This document shows, piece by piece, positions 24,421 to 41,200 of a stretch of 64,000 nt of DNA. The DNA is from Macrostomum lignano (Eukaryota). The first letter of the stretch is position 1. Each line of letters begins with the position of its first letter. Made by a program: the position numbers and the translations under genes. The stretch lies in contig NIVC01000368.1 of assembly GCA_002269645.1 (NCBI GenBank), positions 62,001 to 126,000 on the forward strand, read 5' to 3'. The notes below the pieces were generated by a model. It made no database searches. It saw only the letters and a program-made list of their open reading frames with translations, and had not been told where the DNA came from.

Positions 24421-26241
24421 CACACCAGCTTTTTTAAGTTAAAGATTTTGTTTTTTCGTATAATTTTTGACTTGGCGCCAACAGACGAAAAAAGTTATTG
24501 AATTTTTCGGTCAATTATTTTGACGGCCTCCTTCCAGACAAGCAAATTTCCCGTCAGAGTTCTTAGTTCGCTAAAAATGTAATGAAAACTTTGCATCAGT
24601 TTACTGAGTTGTTGTTGCTTAATTGAATTATTAATTAAAACTTGACTATGTCGAGTCGCTGTTTCAGTTTAGAATTATTCGGACAATTGTGCCACCAAGA
24701 CTACTTCTATTAGTGTCAATTGCATTATCTGTAACTTGAAGTTAATCGAATTCGCCAATCGCAGTATCGAATTCCGTTTACTTGTAAATTAATTTCAGTA
24801 GCTAATAGTATTCTTTTTCTTCTATCTCTACTGTTCTCAATGTATTTGTTTTTACTCGCCACTTCTGCCGGAATTCGCACTAAAAATAATCTTTCTCGCT
24901 ACTTATTAAGTAGTAAGTTTTATTCACAACAGTTACTAAATAAATTTCCCTCTCGTGATTGCTAACAGCAATTTTATATAACGAAATTTGTATTTTATTC
25001 AGTCAGGGATGAGCAGATGCTGATTTTCTACAGTATACGATTGCTAAATTGAAAATAGCATGACTTTCTATTAGGATTATTTTGTTTTATTTATCTAGCT
25101 CGCAACATTGCAGGCCACCCAGCAGCTATTTAAAATGTACAGCAACAATGTATTCGCGCATTGCCTACTTTCAGTAGAAATGTCAGCCTATGGCTTGCAC
25201 ACGCGTTTTTGTGTATTAAAATGATTTATCATCAGTCAATTGTCATATTATCTCTGATCTGTTGGATATCTTTAAAAGCCTGACTGCACCACACAAGCTT
25301 AGCCGGAAATATATAAATGTGCTAAACAACACGACCTCCCATGTTTTATAAAAGTTTATTGTTTCACGAACCTACGACTGCTTGTGTTTGAATTTCTGGC
25401 TTATTTTCTATTTTAATATCTAATATACAAATACTCCGCATAAAGCAATTTCCCATAGCTTCAGTCTAGCAACTTGAAAAAATAAAATAAACAAAGTATT
25501 AAAAATATACTGTTCAACGATTTACTTGGTAATACGGAAAATGAAAAGAAGTAATTGACATGCGTTCTCTATCTCTGTAACGATGAGCTCTTTGTATTTT
25601 TGTATTTTACAGTCCGACAAGCAGAAGTGTAGGCTATGTGAAGATTGACGGGAAGAATAATTAATAAACCGCTTCTTTAAAACAGATTCTACAGGGGTAT
25701 TCCTAGACGAGAAAATCGCGGGACAATGTCAAAAGGCGAATTCTAATTAGGGAATCCAAAATATTCCCGAAGAGGGAATCTTACAGAGAAAATTCCTAAA
25801 ACTATAAAATCGAAATCAAGGAATTTCCTAATTGTAGAATTCTATGGGAATTACAAGCATGGAAAATCCTAAGGGAATTCCCAAAAAAAGGAGAATCGTA
25901 GGGAAATCCCTAACTGGAGAACTCTAAGGGAATTCCCAGTAAGGAAACTTTAGGAAATTCCCAAAATGGAGAATCCCGGGGAAATTCCCAAATAGAGAAT
26001 CCTACAGGAATTCCTAAAACAGAAAGTCCCAATAGAATTCAAAATCGCGGAAAACATCAATCAGAGAACTACCCAATCGGGGAATCCCAGTCCTAGGGGA
26101 ATTACAAAATCGAAGAATTCTAATGAATTTCCGAATGAATGGGGATCCAAAATCCTAAGTCCTACACGGGGGATTCCCAATAGATAATAGCTGAGGGGAA
26201 TTCAGAAGGCAATCCCTAGCTAGCCATGCCAGGCCGCTTAG

Positions 26242-27012
26242 TCACTGGTTTTCATCGGCTCGAGTCCGCAAAGCGGCGTCCTCCGCCCTGACCAGCGCGT
26301 CGTAGCCGGCAAACAGGGCGTACGCGCACAGCGCCACCGCCGTTAGCGCCGTCAATCGGCGCCGAGAATTCTGCGCCGCCCGACTAGACGCGTCGGTAGC
26401 GCCGACAACGTCGGAAACTGGCTGGGCGCCGTCGAGCTCGTCGCTAACGACCGAATCGACGTGTTTCCGACGCAGCCGGCTCTGGTCGGCGACCATGGCT
26501 GGATAGCGGACCCGGTAGAACGCGTCGAAACTGGCCTGGATGTCGCGGACTCGAATGTCCACGTCGGCAACAGTAGAGTCGGCCGTCGATGAGGATTGAG
26601 AAGGCCGGCTGGTCCTGGCGGAACTGCTGTAGCGGCGAGAATTGCATCATCCATTGTTGATTGCATTATAAACAGAATCTATAGCAATAAATACCCCTCA
26701 CCCTTTCCGCTGACTGTCATCGAAGCTCCGCCTGCTGTTCTCATTCCCCAGCACTTTGTAGGCATTGGACAGGGCATTGAACTGTCTGGAGGCGTCTGGC
26801 GACTTGTTCACGTCTGGGTGCACCAGCTTGGACTTGGCGTAGAAGGCCGATTTAATCTCGCGTTGAGTTGCTTGGCGATCAACGCCGAGCACATCGTAGG
26901 GGCTGCTGCTGGACTGCCGACGGGACGAAGATAACGATGCGCTGCGGCGCTGCCTTCGAAGCTGCAGCCACGACTGCAGCTGGCAACAGTGGGGCCCGCG
27001 GCGACACAGCTG
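26242..27012 (-). CDS. DNAJC30: DnaJ/Hsp40 J-domain protein, DNAJC30-like (mitochondrial, C-terminal TM); 2 exons; no genomic ATG
   Basis: Exon 27012 (or 27009)-26702: J-domain PYDVLGV...EIKSAFY...HPD...AYKVLG. Intron GT at 26701 to a NAGNAG acceptor at 26627/26624, phase 2 matches. Exon 26626-26242 has FDAFYRVRY (recalled human DNAJC30 FDAFYQAHY) and a hydrophobic C-terminal helix. About 231 aa. Confidence 0.8.
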
Positions 27013-27094
27013 CTGCGGGGGTGGGGGGGGGCGTTTCAATGCCGATTCTATCCGGTGTCGCCTATGGAAGTCGAAACTATTAGAGGCGCATGGG

Positions 27095-27410
27095 AATCCC
27101 GATTTTTATTTGGGATTGGCTGGGGAATCCATATTTTTCATTTAGGATTGGCTGGGGAATCCATATTTTTCATTTAGGATTGGCTGGGGAATCCATATTT
27201 TTCATTTAGGATTGGCTGGGGAATCCATATTTTTTATTTAGGATTGGCTGGGGGAATCCATATTTTTCATTTAAGATTGGCTGGGGAATCCCCTTTTTTA
27301 TTAGCGATTGTCTCGGGAATCCAGATTTTTATTAGCGAATGGCTGGGGAATCCCGATTTTCATTTGTGATTTTCTGGAGAGTAATATTGATTTCTTACTT
27401 TGGGGAATCC
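27095..27410. repeat. 32-bp minisatellite (TTAGGATTGGCTGGGGAATCCATATTTTTCAT)n
   Basis: About 6 good copies plus degenerate ones. Confidence 0.88.
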
Positions 27411-28390
27411 CAAGTACTTAATTTGGGGTTGCCTGGGAAATCTAATTTATTGGTTCTCGAGCTTTATCTAGGAACCAGCTGGGGAAGTGCTGTCATTATT
27501 TTGCTGAAATATCGCATAAAATTCAAGTCGTTAATGCCAGGGTTCACTACAAAGCAGTCAGGGAATTCCGCAGAACACCTGTAGCAACGATCGCTAGTAT
27601 TTGACAAAAGAATCAAGTCAAAGTCTATGCTGAGACTGTGAAGCTGTCACTTTTATTACTTTCCAAAGATCAACGGGTTATGAATATAATATTAATGTCA
27701 AAATTAGGGAGACACTGCAAGGTCAAAGTATTACTATGCTAAATTCTACATAATACAAAATCTAGATATTTTCTCACGGCACCTATTCAAAACTACTGAA
27801 AGTAGCTAGATCAGTGAAAAATCTTTTAGTTTGGTCGAAAACGATAGAGAAAAAACGTTTTAAAAAAACTAAAGTGTAGAAAACATAGTATACTAGGCGC
27901 TATTAAAGTTATTTCTATATAGTCTACTCACTAAGAGCTTCAATAAATGTAATCAATAAAAATCTCAAGGCCATAACAGATCTGATTTTTTATGGTATGT
28001 GCAGCTACAACGCAGGTAAAAACTTGACGATATCAAAGCTAATGGATTTTTTATAGACAAGAAGAAAATTTTAGAAACGCTTTTCCTAGTTTTTCTACTT
28101 TGAGTAGTGCAATTCAGACTTGAAGTTTTATTTGATTTGTGTTCAGCTATAATTTAAGCCTTGAGAAATAGATTTTTCTGTAGGAAAAAATCAAATAACA
28201 AAAACTCATCATAAACACTAATTAGCAGTTATAATTATTGAATATACTTTATAATCTACAATTATATAGAAAACTACTATTCTAATGAAAAAAAGTGTTC
28301 CTATTTAACTTGATGCTACATGCGATTTGATCTTGTTGTTGGATAATGAAATGACACAAAAGGACGTCTTGTTGCCGCCTTTTTTCAAGT

Positions 28391-32646
<4,256 letters not shown>

Positions 32647-32949
32647 GACTTATGCTGGTAATTCAGTTCTTTGATTTATTTATCAAGTTTGAAATTAAGT
32701 ACTTCAAGCCTTGCTTCATAAGAGTGATAAGTTTGGTAGCGAATTACATCAAATTTAATCAAATAATGAAGTAAAAACTACAAAAAAAACAGCGCAAGAA
32801 CAAAGTTGTTTTTTTATAAATCTATTTCCAGTTTTCGAGAGTAGTGCATCTGCATCGATTCTGTAGCAATTTGCAAACACAAACCAACACAGGTTTCCTT
32901 AGCTGAGGACTGATAAGTGTTACGTGATGGGGGGGGGGTAACTTTACTA

Positions 32950-33500
32950 GTGTACATTGAGGGTAGAGATTCTCACGGGAGTGAGTGTACATTGGGGGTA
33001 GGGGTTCTCGCGGGAGTGGGTGTACATTGAGGGGTAGAAATTGTCACGGGAGTGGGTGTACATTGGGGGTAGGGGTTCTCGCGGGAGTGGGTGTACATTG
33101 AGGGGTAGAAATTGTCACGGGAGTGGGTGTACATTGGGGGTAGGGGTTCTCGCGGGAGTGGGTGTACATTGAGGGGTAGAAATTGTCACGGGAGTGGGTG
33201 TACATTGGGGTAGGGGTTCTCGCGGGAGTGGGTGTACATTGAGGGGTAGAAATTGTCACGGGAGTGGGTGTACATTGGGCGGTAGGGGTTCCCGCGGTAG
33301 TAGGTGTACATTGGAGGGTAGGGGTTCTCGCGGTAGTGGGCGTACAGTGGGGGTAGGGGTTCTCGCGGGAGTGGGCGTACAGTGGGGGGTAGGGGTTGTC
33401 ATGGGAGTGGGTGTACATTGGGGGATAGGAGTTCTCATGGGAGCGGGTGTACATTGGGAGTAGGGGTTGTCACGGGAGTGGTTGTACATTGGATGTAGGG
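32950..33500. repeat. G-rich 35-36-bp minisatellite between ZNF277 and UGP2
   Basis: GTGTACATTGGGGGTAGGGG units in two alternating variants. Confidence 0.9.
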
Positions 33501-33596
33501 ATTCTCACAGGAACAGTTGGGGTGGTTCTCAAGAAAAAGTGCGCATTAAAGACAGAAATACGCAAAAAAAGAATGGCAGAAGACTTGAGCAACAAT

Positions 33597-36224
33597 TTAA
33601 TCAGCATCATCGCACAAATCAGCCAGAGCAACTTCAGCTTCATTAGCAACTGGTCGTTCTGCATCAACTACTTGAGGATTATACTCAGCCGCTAATTTAG
33701 CTAGACAGTCGGGCGACTGATTCGAACGCCGCCGCCGAATAGAGACCAGCAAACGAAGACGCTGGTGAAAGTCTAAATTGTAACGCTTAGATAATTCTGG
33801 TAAATCAACTGAATGACTGGAGGATAGATGAGCCAGCAGCTGCCGGTCTGTGCCAGTCTGTTGGCACAGTGGACAGGTCAGATGTTCAGCAGCTTCGGTG
33901 GCAGCAGAGGCGGCATCTGCAGTCACTGACTCGGTTGCTGTTGGCAAAGGCCGATCGCAGTACAGTTCGATGTCGTCATCTGGTTGAGCATTCCTGGACA
34001 AAGGCAAAGAGCTGGAAGCGTTAACCCTACTATTATTATTAATTACACCTGCCCAAATACCTAATGGGCGCATCTGAAGGCTGCGTACGGCTGTTCAGTC
34101 CAAGGGGGGTCGCCACACACACCCTCGATTACCCCAGCTAATGCTGGCACCCATTTTACAGCTGGGTGAACTGAAGCAATGCAGAGTTAAGTGTCTTGCT
34201 CGAGGACACTAATTGTTTCGAGTGGGATTAGGAATCGAACCCCAGACCTTCACGTCGTGAGTCCGACGCTCTTAGGCCACAAGGTTGTAACAAAATTGAA
34301 ACAAACAAACCTTGACACGACGACATTTTCGACATCATCAGTCTCGCCAGCTTCCTCGCAGCTGTCTTCATCCTCTGATGAAGCCGCCACAGACGCGGCC
34401 CTGGAGCCGGCAGACGAGGACGGCGTTGCCAAAGAATTTGGATCGGCTCCAATCGATAGTCGAATCCGTTGAAATCCGTTCGGTTTTAAATAGGCGCTAA
34501 TAAAGTACTTGGCGTACTTGCTACTGTTGTCTGGCTTAATGCGACGATGATTGCGCTTGCGCATGTGCTCCTTGAGCACGAACCGGGTGCGGAACTCTTT
34601 CTCGCAGTAGAGACAGATTTGGCTGGATGTTTTGGCATGGCGAGTGGGTATGATATCCGTTTTCTTTAACAGACAATTGTTTTCGATACATATCGGCTCA
34701 TATACTTTTTCTAGTAGAAGTAGAAATTTATTTTAAATACATAACGGCTAAGACCTTCTTCTTGCAAAAATTCGTTTTCGATACATATCGGCTAATAGAA
34801 ATTTTCTAGTAGAAGTAGAAAGTTATTTTCGATACATATCGGCTAATAGACGTTTTTCTAGTAGAAATTTGTTTTCGTTACATATCGGCTAATAGACATT
34901 TTTCTTGTAGAAATTTGTTTTCGATGCATATTGGCTAATGGAATTCTTCTTTGTGAGAGTTGTTTTCGATACATTGGCAAATAAAACTTCTTCTAGGATA
35001 TAAAGCTATTTCGATACATTTGGAAGTAGTAAACTCTCTCTTTGTAGACATATTTATGATACATATCGTTCATAAATTCATTTACTTCAAAAATTTGACA
35101 CAGAACATTTCAAAACAGCCAATTGTACACAGCATAAATTAAAGCATACTTGGTAATCATATCGCCGAGACGCTGTAACAATTCGCCAACAAAGACCATA
35201 TTGTCCGGCTCGCCCAACCAGAAGCTGTGCTCCTCGGCTAGGTGCTCAAATATCTTCGTTCTGAAAGCGAAATACACAAAATTAAAACACCCAATATTCA
35301 AGTAATACAATTTTGAGAAAGCCAAAACTGTTAAAAAAAACCAACCGACTCAAGTTGACATCATTGCAAAAGATGCAAGGAAACTTTTCTAGCGATAATC
35401 GTTCCTTCTGATATAGTTCAAGAACTCGAGTCTAAAATTTTTACAAAAAATTAGTAAAAATACAGAAAAATGCGCATATTTCTACTGATACAGCTGAATA
35501 GTAGTATAAATCGGATAAAACGCGTACCAATCGATTTTCGTGAAGTTTATTGCGCAATTTAGCATCGTCTGGATTGTCATACGATAGGAATAAATATTCT
35601 TGCTTGGTCGTAGCAGTTGGGTCACTTTGGCTGCCTGGTGTATAGTGAATAGAGGGCGATTTTCTCAGCGAATAGAGGGCAATTTTCTCAGTGAATAGAG
35701 GGCGATTTTCTCAGCGAATAGAGGGCAATTTTCTCAGTGAATAGAGGGCGATTTTCTCAGTGAATAGAGGGCGATTTTCTCAGTGAATGAAGGGTGATTT
35801 TCTCCGTGAATTAAGGGCGATTTCTTAACGAATAGAGGGTGATATTATTGTTAAAATGACTAAATCACTATTAGACTTACCTTCAGCTTTATCAGTTTCA
35901 TTTCGAAACACAAAGCAATGTTGTGATGCGGTTTCGCTGCTAATTGACTTGCGCCAGTAAGACAGGTATCTAAAAAGTAATTATTAATTTTAATTTAATT
36001 TAATTTTTACATAACTTAGATAAATTTCAACTACTGATTCGTTTATAAAAAACAAAATCTACTTACTCAGGCAGCTCGGCAATATTATCAATAGCGTCAA
36101 TAACTAAACTATGTACCTCCATCAGATGCTGCTCTAAAACGGAAGTATCAAGGTTGCCACAGTTGCTATTGAATTCAAACGATTCATTGCAATCGTTAAA
36201 TAGACAGAGCACTTTGTTAGCCAT
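33597..36224 (-). CDS. ZNF277: C2H2 zinc-finger protein ZNF277 (NIRF4) orthologue, 7 exons
   Basis: Exons 36224-36067, 35969-35881, 35634-35528, 35431-35346, 35260-35150, 34622-34311, 33993-33597, all phases consistent. Motifs HLMEVH-SLVI, YLSYW, CIFC, EHLAEEHSFWLGEPDNMV, CLYCEKEFR...KEHMRKRNHRRI, CPLC...LAHLSSSH, LDFHQRLRLLVSIRR match recalled ZNF277. Confidence 0.9.
34030..34285 (-). mobile_element. tRNA-derived SINE with MIR/CORE-like central domain, in ZNF277 intron 6
   Basis: A-box-like GTGGCCTAAGAGCG, B-box GGTTCGATTCC (34241-34231), core GTGTCCTCGAGCAAGACACTTAACTCTGCATTGCTTCAGTTCACCCAGCTGTAAAATGGG (34209-34150), (TAA)n-like tail. Confidence 0.8.
35645..35840. repeat. 23-bp minisatellite (GTGAATAGAGGGCGATTTTCTCA)n in ZNF277 intron 2
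   Basis: About 8 copies. Confidence 0.88.
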
Positions 36225-36304
36225 TACGCCTGGCTGGTACTGATGTATATTCGCAAGAGCTGAAATTGAGTGTAGTTATTTTCGAAATAATAAAACTGCT
36301 GATA

Positions 36305-36680
36305 AGAGCGAGTGTTCATTGGGGTGGCTGAGGGGTAAGGGAAGAGCGAGTGTTCATTGGGGTGGCTGAGGGTAAGGGAAGAGCGAGTGTACATTGGGGT
36401 GGCTGAGGGGTAAGGGAAGAGCGAGTGTACATTTGGATTCTTAAGCGGTAAGGGAAGAGCGAGTGTACATTGGAGTGGCTGAGGGGTAAGGGAAGAGTAA
36501 GTGTACATTAGAATTGCTAAGGGGTAAGGGAAGAGCGAGTGTACATTTAGATTGTTATTAAGGGGTAAGGGAAGAGCGAGTGTACATTAGGATTGCTAAG
36601 GGGTAAGGGATGAGCAAGTGTACATTTAGATTGTTATTAAGGGGTAAGGAAAGAGCGAGTGTACATTTAGGTTCGCTGAG
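36305..36680. repeat. About 37-bp minisatellite (GGGGTAAGGGAAGAGCGAGTGTACATTGG) upstream of ZNF277
   Basis: About 9 copies. Confidence 0.88.
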
Positions 36681-37516
36681 AGTTAAGGTTGGTTCTAAAA
36701 AGCAGTTAGTTAAAATGATTTGACAAATGCAAATCAAGTTTTATTAATTATCAACCTGCTCTGGCACAGCAGCTTTAAGCGGAAATATGTATTTATAATA
36801 TGTATATTATTTTCGCTTCATCCACAACAATAATTAGCAATATAGAAATTAGTGATGCTTTATACATAATGTATGCACTTCTCTAATGACTGAGAGCTAA
36901 AAAAACTTAGAGAGTGGACAATAAAATTAACCATTCATTAATTGGCATGCACACAATTGTAAATAAATTCAACAGTTATATAAAAATAAATAGAAAAATA
37001 GTTCAAATTGAATAAAATAATTGGCATGCAATATTATAAATTCAATTAATTTTGACGAAGTAATTGGGATTTAAAAGCCTATTTTAAGCAGTAAAAATTG
37101 GCGGTCATACAAAAGCAATAGGGGAATTATTTAATAAGGATATTTACACGCCTCATGCAATTTCTAATTTTCAAAATAAATTAGAAAAATTCAACGATTG
37201 TAAATAAGAAAAATGCTCACATAGGAAAAATAGAGACAAACTAATGGCAGAAGCGATGTTATTTGGCAAAAAAAAATAATTATAAATAGGCGAAAAAGGT
37301 CTGTAAACAGGCTAAACTGAACCAATTGAGAATGCATTTTGATTTTGTGCTGCGGCAGAGGCTTCTGGTGAGTAAAAATGATGTGCATAATACTAGTAGT
37401 TACAGCAGCACGGAGCCGCAAGCTGACAAGATATATTTGTAAGAATAAATGAATTACATTGACTTCTTAATGTCCAACAATTCTTGTTAGTTTGTACAGT
37501 TGACTTAAGTTTAATA

Positions 37517-37547
37517 GACAGACAGACAGACAGACACAGAGACTAAA

Positions 37548-37590
<43 letters not shown>

Positions 37591-37591
37591 T

Positions 37592-37662
<71 letters not shown>

Positions 37663-37689
37663 GGAAGGCAGACAGAAAGACATACAGAC

Positions 37690-37720
<31 letters not shown>

Positions 37721-37765
37721 TACATACAGACAGACAGACAGACAGACAGACATACAGACAGACAT

Positions 37766-37800
<35 letters not shown>

Positions 37801-37801
37801 T

Positions 37802-37875
<74 letters not shown>

Positions 37876-37877
37876 CC

Positions 37878-37921
<44 letters not shown>

Positions 37922-37923
37922 CC

Positions 37924-38016
<93 letters not shown>

Positions 38017-38190
38017 GGAAGGCAGACAGAAAGACATACAGACAGAGACAGACAGACAGACAGACAGACATACATACATACAGACAGACAGACAGACAGA
38101 CAGACATACAGACAGACATACAGACAGACAGACAGACAGACATACAGACAGACAGACAGACAGACAGACAGACCCAGACAGACAGACACA
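37517..38190. repeat. (GACA)n microsatellite right after the CIP2A stop
   Basis: Seen directly. Confidence 0.95.
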
Positions 38191-38202
38191 GTCAGTCAGC
38201 GC

Positions 38203-41200
38203 CTAAGACTTAAACACAGCAGAGGCGGACATGAGGATATTCTTCAGCTGGTTATTCCTCTCGGCCATCTCCAGCTTCTCCCGCTCGGTCTGGTCCAGCA
38301 GGGCCTGCAGTCGCTCAGCATTCCGCTGAGCAGACTTCACCTCTTTCACCAGTCTGGCCTCATTTGCCGCTTTCTCGCGTTCAAGCACGCGCAGCGCCTC
38401 TTGCGCTTTTTCGGCGTCAGCCGTAGCGCCGCGTAGTTTGGCGCATTCCGCCTCCAGAGCGGCCGAGCGCTGAGCTTGGCGCCTAGCAACCGCTTGACAA
38501 CGGGACAGTGCGTCGGATTGAGCGGCGGCGTAGGCAATTAAAGATTCTTCGCTGAGTTGACAGGCTTGCAGCTTGGATTCGTACAGTGTGAGCAGGTCTG
38601 AGACTCGCGTGTCCTTCAGCTGTGCAAAAGTTTTTGTTAGAGGGAGGGGGTGGTTATGAATGCAAATGAAATGCTGGCGTCCTTAAAGTACCATTGATGA
38701 TTTTAAGAGTCTTCGGCGACAATGTCCCACAACTAGCTGGTACAGATGAAAGCAGTCAGGATGCTTACTGAGGACTCAGGGTGGTCACTGAAGAGACTCA
38801 GGGGAGTCACTCAAGAGACTCAGGGTGGTCACTGAAGAGACTCAGGGGAGTCACTCAAGAGACTCAGGGTGGTCACTGAAGAGACTCAGAGTGGTCATTC
38901 AGAGACTCAGGGTGGTCACTGAAGAGACTCAGGGTGGTCACTCAGAGACTCAGGGTGGTCACTCAGAGACTCAGGGTGGTCACTGAAGAGACTCAGGGTG
39001 GTCACTCAGAGACTCGGAGTGGTCACTGAAGAGACTCAGGGTGGTCATTCAGAGACTCAGGGTGGTCACTCAGAGACTCAGGGTGGTCACTCAGAGACTC
39101 AGGGCGGTCACTCAGAGACTCAGGGTGGTCACTCAGAGACTCAGGGTGGTCACTGAAGAGACTCAGAGTGGTCACTCAAGAGACTCAGAGTGGTCACTGA
39201 AGAGACTCAGAGTGGTCACTCAGAGACTCAGAGTGGTCACTCAGGGACTCAGGGTGGTCACTCAGAGACTCGGAGTGGTCACTGAAGAGACTCAGGGTGG
39301 TCATTCAGAGACTCAGGGTGGTCATTCAGAGACTCAGAGTGGTCACTCAGAGACTCAGGGTAGTCACTCAGAGACTCAGGGTGGTCACTCAGAGACTCAG
39401 AGTGGTCACTGAAGAGACTCAGGGTGGTCATTCAGAGACTCAGGGTGGTCATTCAGAGACTCAGAGTGGTCATTCAGAGACTCAGGGTGGTCACTCAGAG
39501 ACTCAGGGTGGTCACTCAAGAGACTCAGGGTGGTCACTCAAGACTCAGAGTGGTCACTGAAGACTCAGAGTGGTCACTGAAGACTCAGGGTGGTCACTGA
39601 AGACTCAGGGTGGTCACTGAAGAGACTCAGGGTGGTCACTCAAGAGACTCAAAATGGTCACTGAAGACTCAGGGTGGTCACTGAAGAGACTCAGGGTGGT
39701 CACTCAAGAGACTCAGGGTGGTCACTCAGAGACTCAAAATGGTCACTGAAGACTCAGGGTGGTCACTCAGAGACTCAGGGTGGTCACTCAAGAGACTCAG
39801 GGTGGTCACTGAAGAGACTCAGGGTGGTCACTCAAGAGACTCAGGGTGGTCACTGAAGACTCAGAGTGGTCACTGAAGACTCAGGGTGGTCACTCAAGAG
39901 ACTTAGGGTGGTCACTCAGAGACTCAGGGTGGTCACTCAAGAGACTCAGGGTGGTCACTCAGAGACTCAGGGTGGTCACTGAAGACTCAGGGTGGTCACT
40001 CAGGGACTCAGGGTGGTCACTGAAGACTCAGGGTGGTCACTCAGAGACTCAGGGTGGTCACTCAGAGACTCAGGGTGGTCACTCAAGAGACTCAGGGTGG
40101 TCACTCAGAGACTCAGAGTGGTCACTCAGAGACTCAGGGTGGTCACTCAGAGACTTAGGGTGGTCACTCAGAGACTTAGGGTGGTCACTTAGAGACTTAG
40201 GGTGGTCACTCAGAGACTCAGGGTGGTCACTCAGAGACTCAGGGTGGTCACTCAGAGACTCAGGGTGGTCACTCAAGAGACTCAGGGTGGTCACTCAGAG
40301 ACTCAGGGTGGTCACTCATAGACTCAGGGTCGTCTCTCAGAGACTTAGGGTGGTCACTCAGAGACTTAGGGTGGTCACTTAGAGACTTAGGGTGGTCACT
40401 CAGAGACTTAGGGTGGTCACTCAGAGACTTAGGGTGGTCACTTAGAGACTCAGGGTGGTCACTCAGACTTAGGGTGGTCACTCAGAGACTTAGGGTGGTC
40501 ACTCAGAGACTCAGGGTGGTCACTCAGAGACTCAGGGTGGTCACTTAGATACTCAGGGTGGTCACTCAGAGACTCAGGGTGGTCACTTAGAGACTCAGGG
40601 TGGTCACTCAGAGACTTAGGGTGGTCACTCAGAGACTTAGGGTGGTCACTCAGAGACTTAGGGTGGTCACTCAGAGACTTAGGGTGGTCACTCAGAGACT
40701 TAGGGTGGTCACTCAGAGACTTAGGGTGGTCACTCTTGGACGACTATTTTACGGTCTGCTATTCACGTGATGCGCTCGTGGTCAACAGTCGCCTCTCCGT
40801 CGCATCAGTCTAACGAGTCGTTAAAAAGATAAAAGAGTCGCCCAGGGTCACTACTTGAGGCAATTCGTCCCATTTCACTGACCCCTGAGCACATACCTGA
40901 GTTGCAATGAAAAAGAAACAGATTAGATAAAGCACTCACATTCAGCCTGTTTTTAACATCGTTAATCAGCTGATCCAGCTGACCGCTGCCCAGCTCGTGT
41001 CCACCGTTGACTGCACCGCCGCCGCCACCGCTGCTGCCGGCAGATGCAGACGTTGAAGTTGTCGAACCAACCGCGACACCGTGGCCGTTTATCAGTTCAA
41101 CGCCGAGACCGATGCTACCCGCATAGCAACCGTTGCTAGGCAACGCTGAAGGGCCGCTAGCGATACTATTATTGGCTGAGGCTAAAGCCAAGCGATGACG

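Noticed and set aside
34225-34285. tRNA gene (B-box GGTTCGATTCC, CAC anticodon-like loop)
   Set aside because: Acceptor and anticodon stems do not pair well, and it runs into a CORE-like body, so it is a SINE head.
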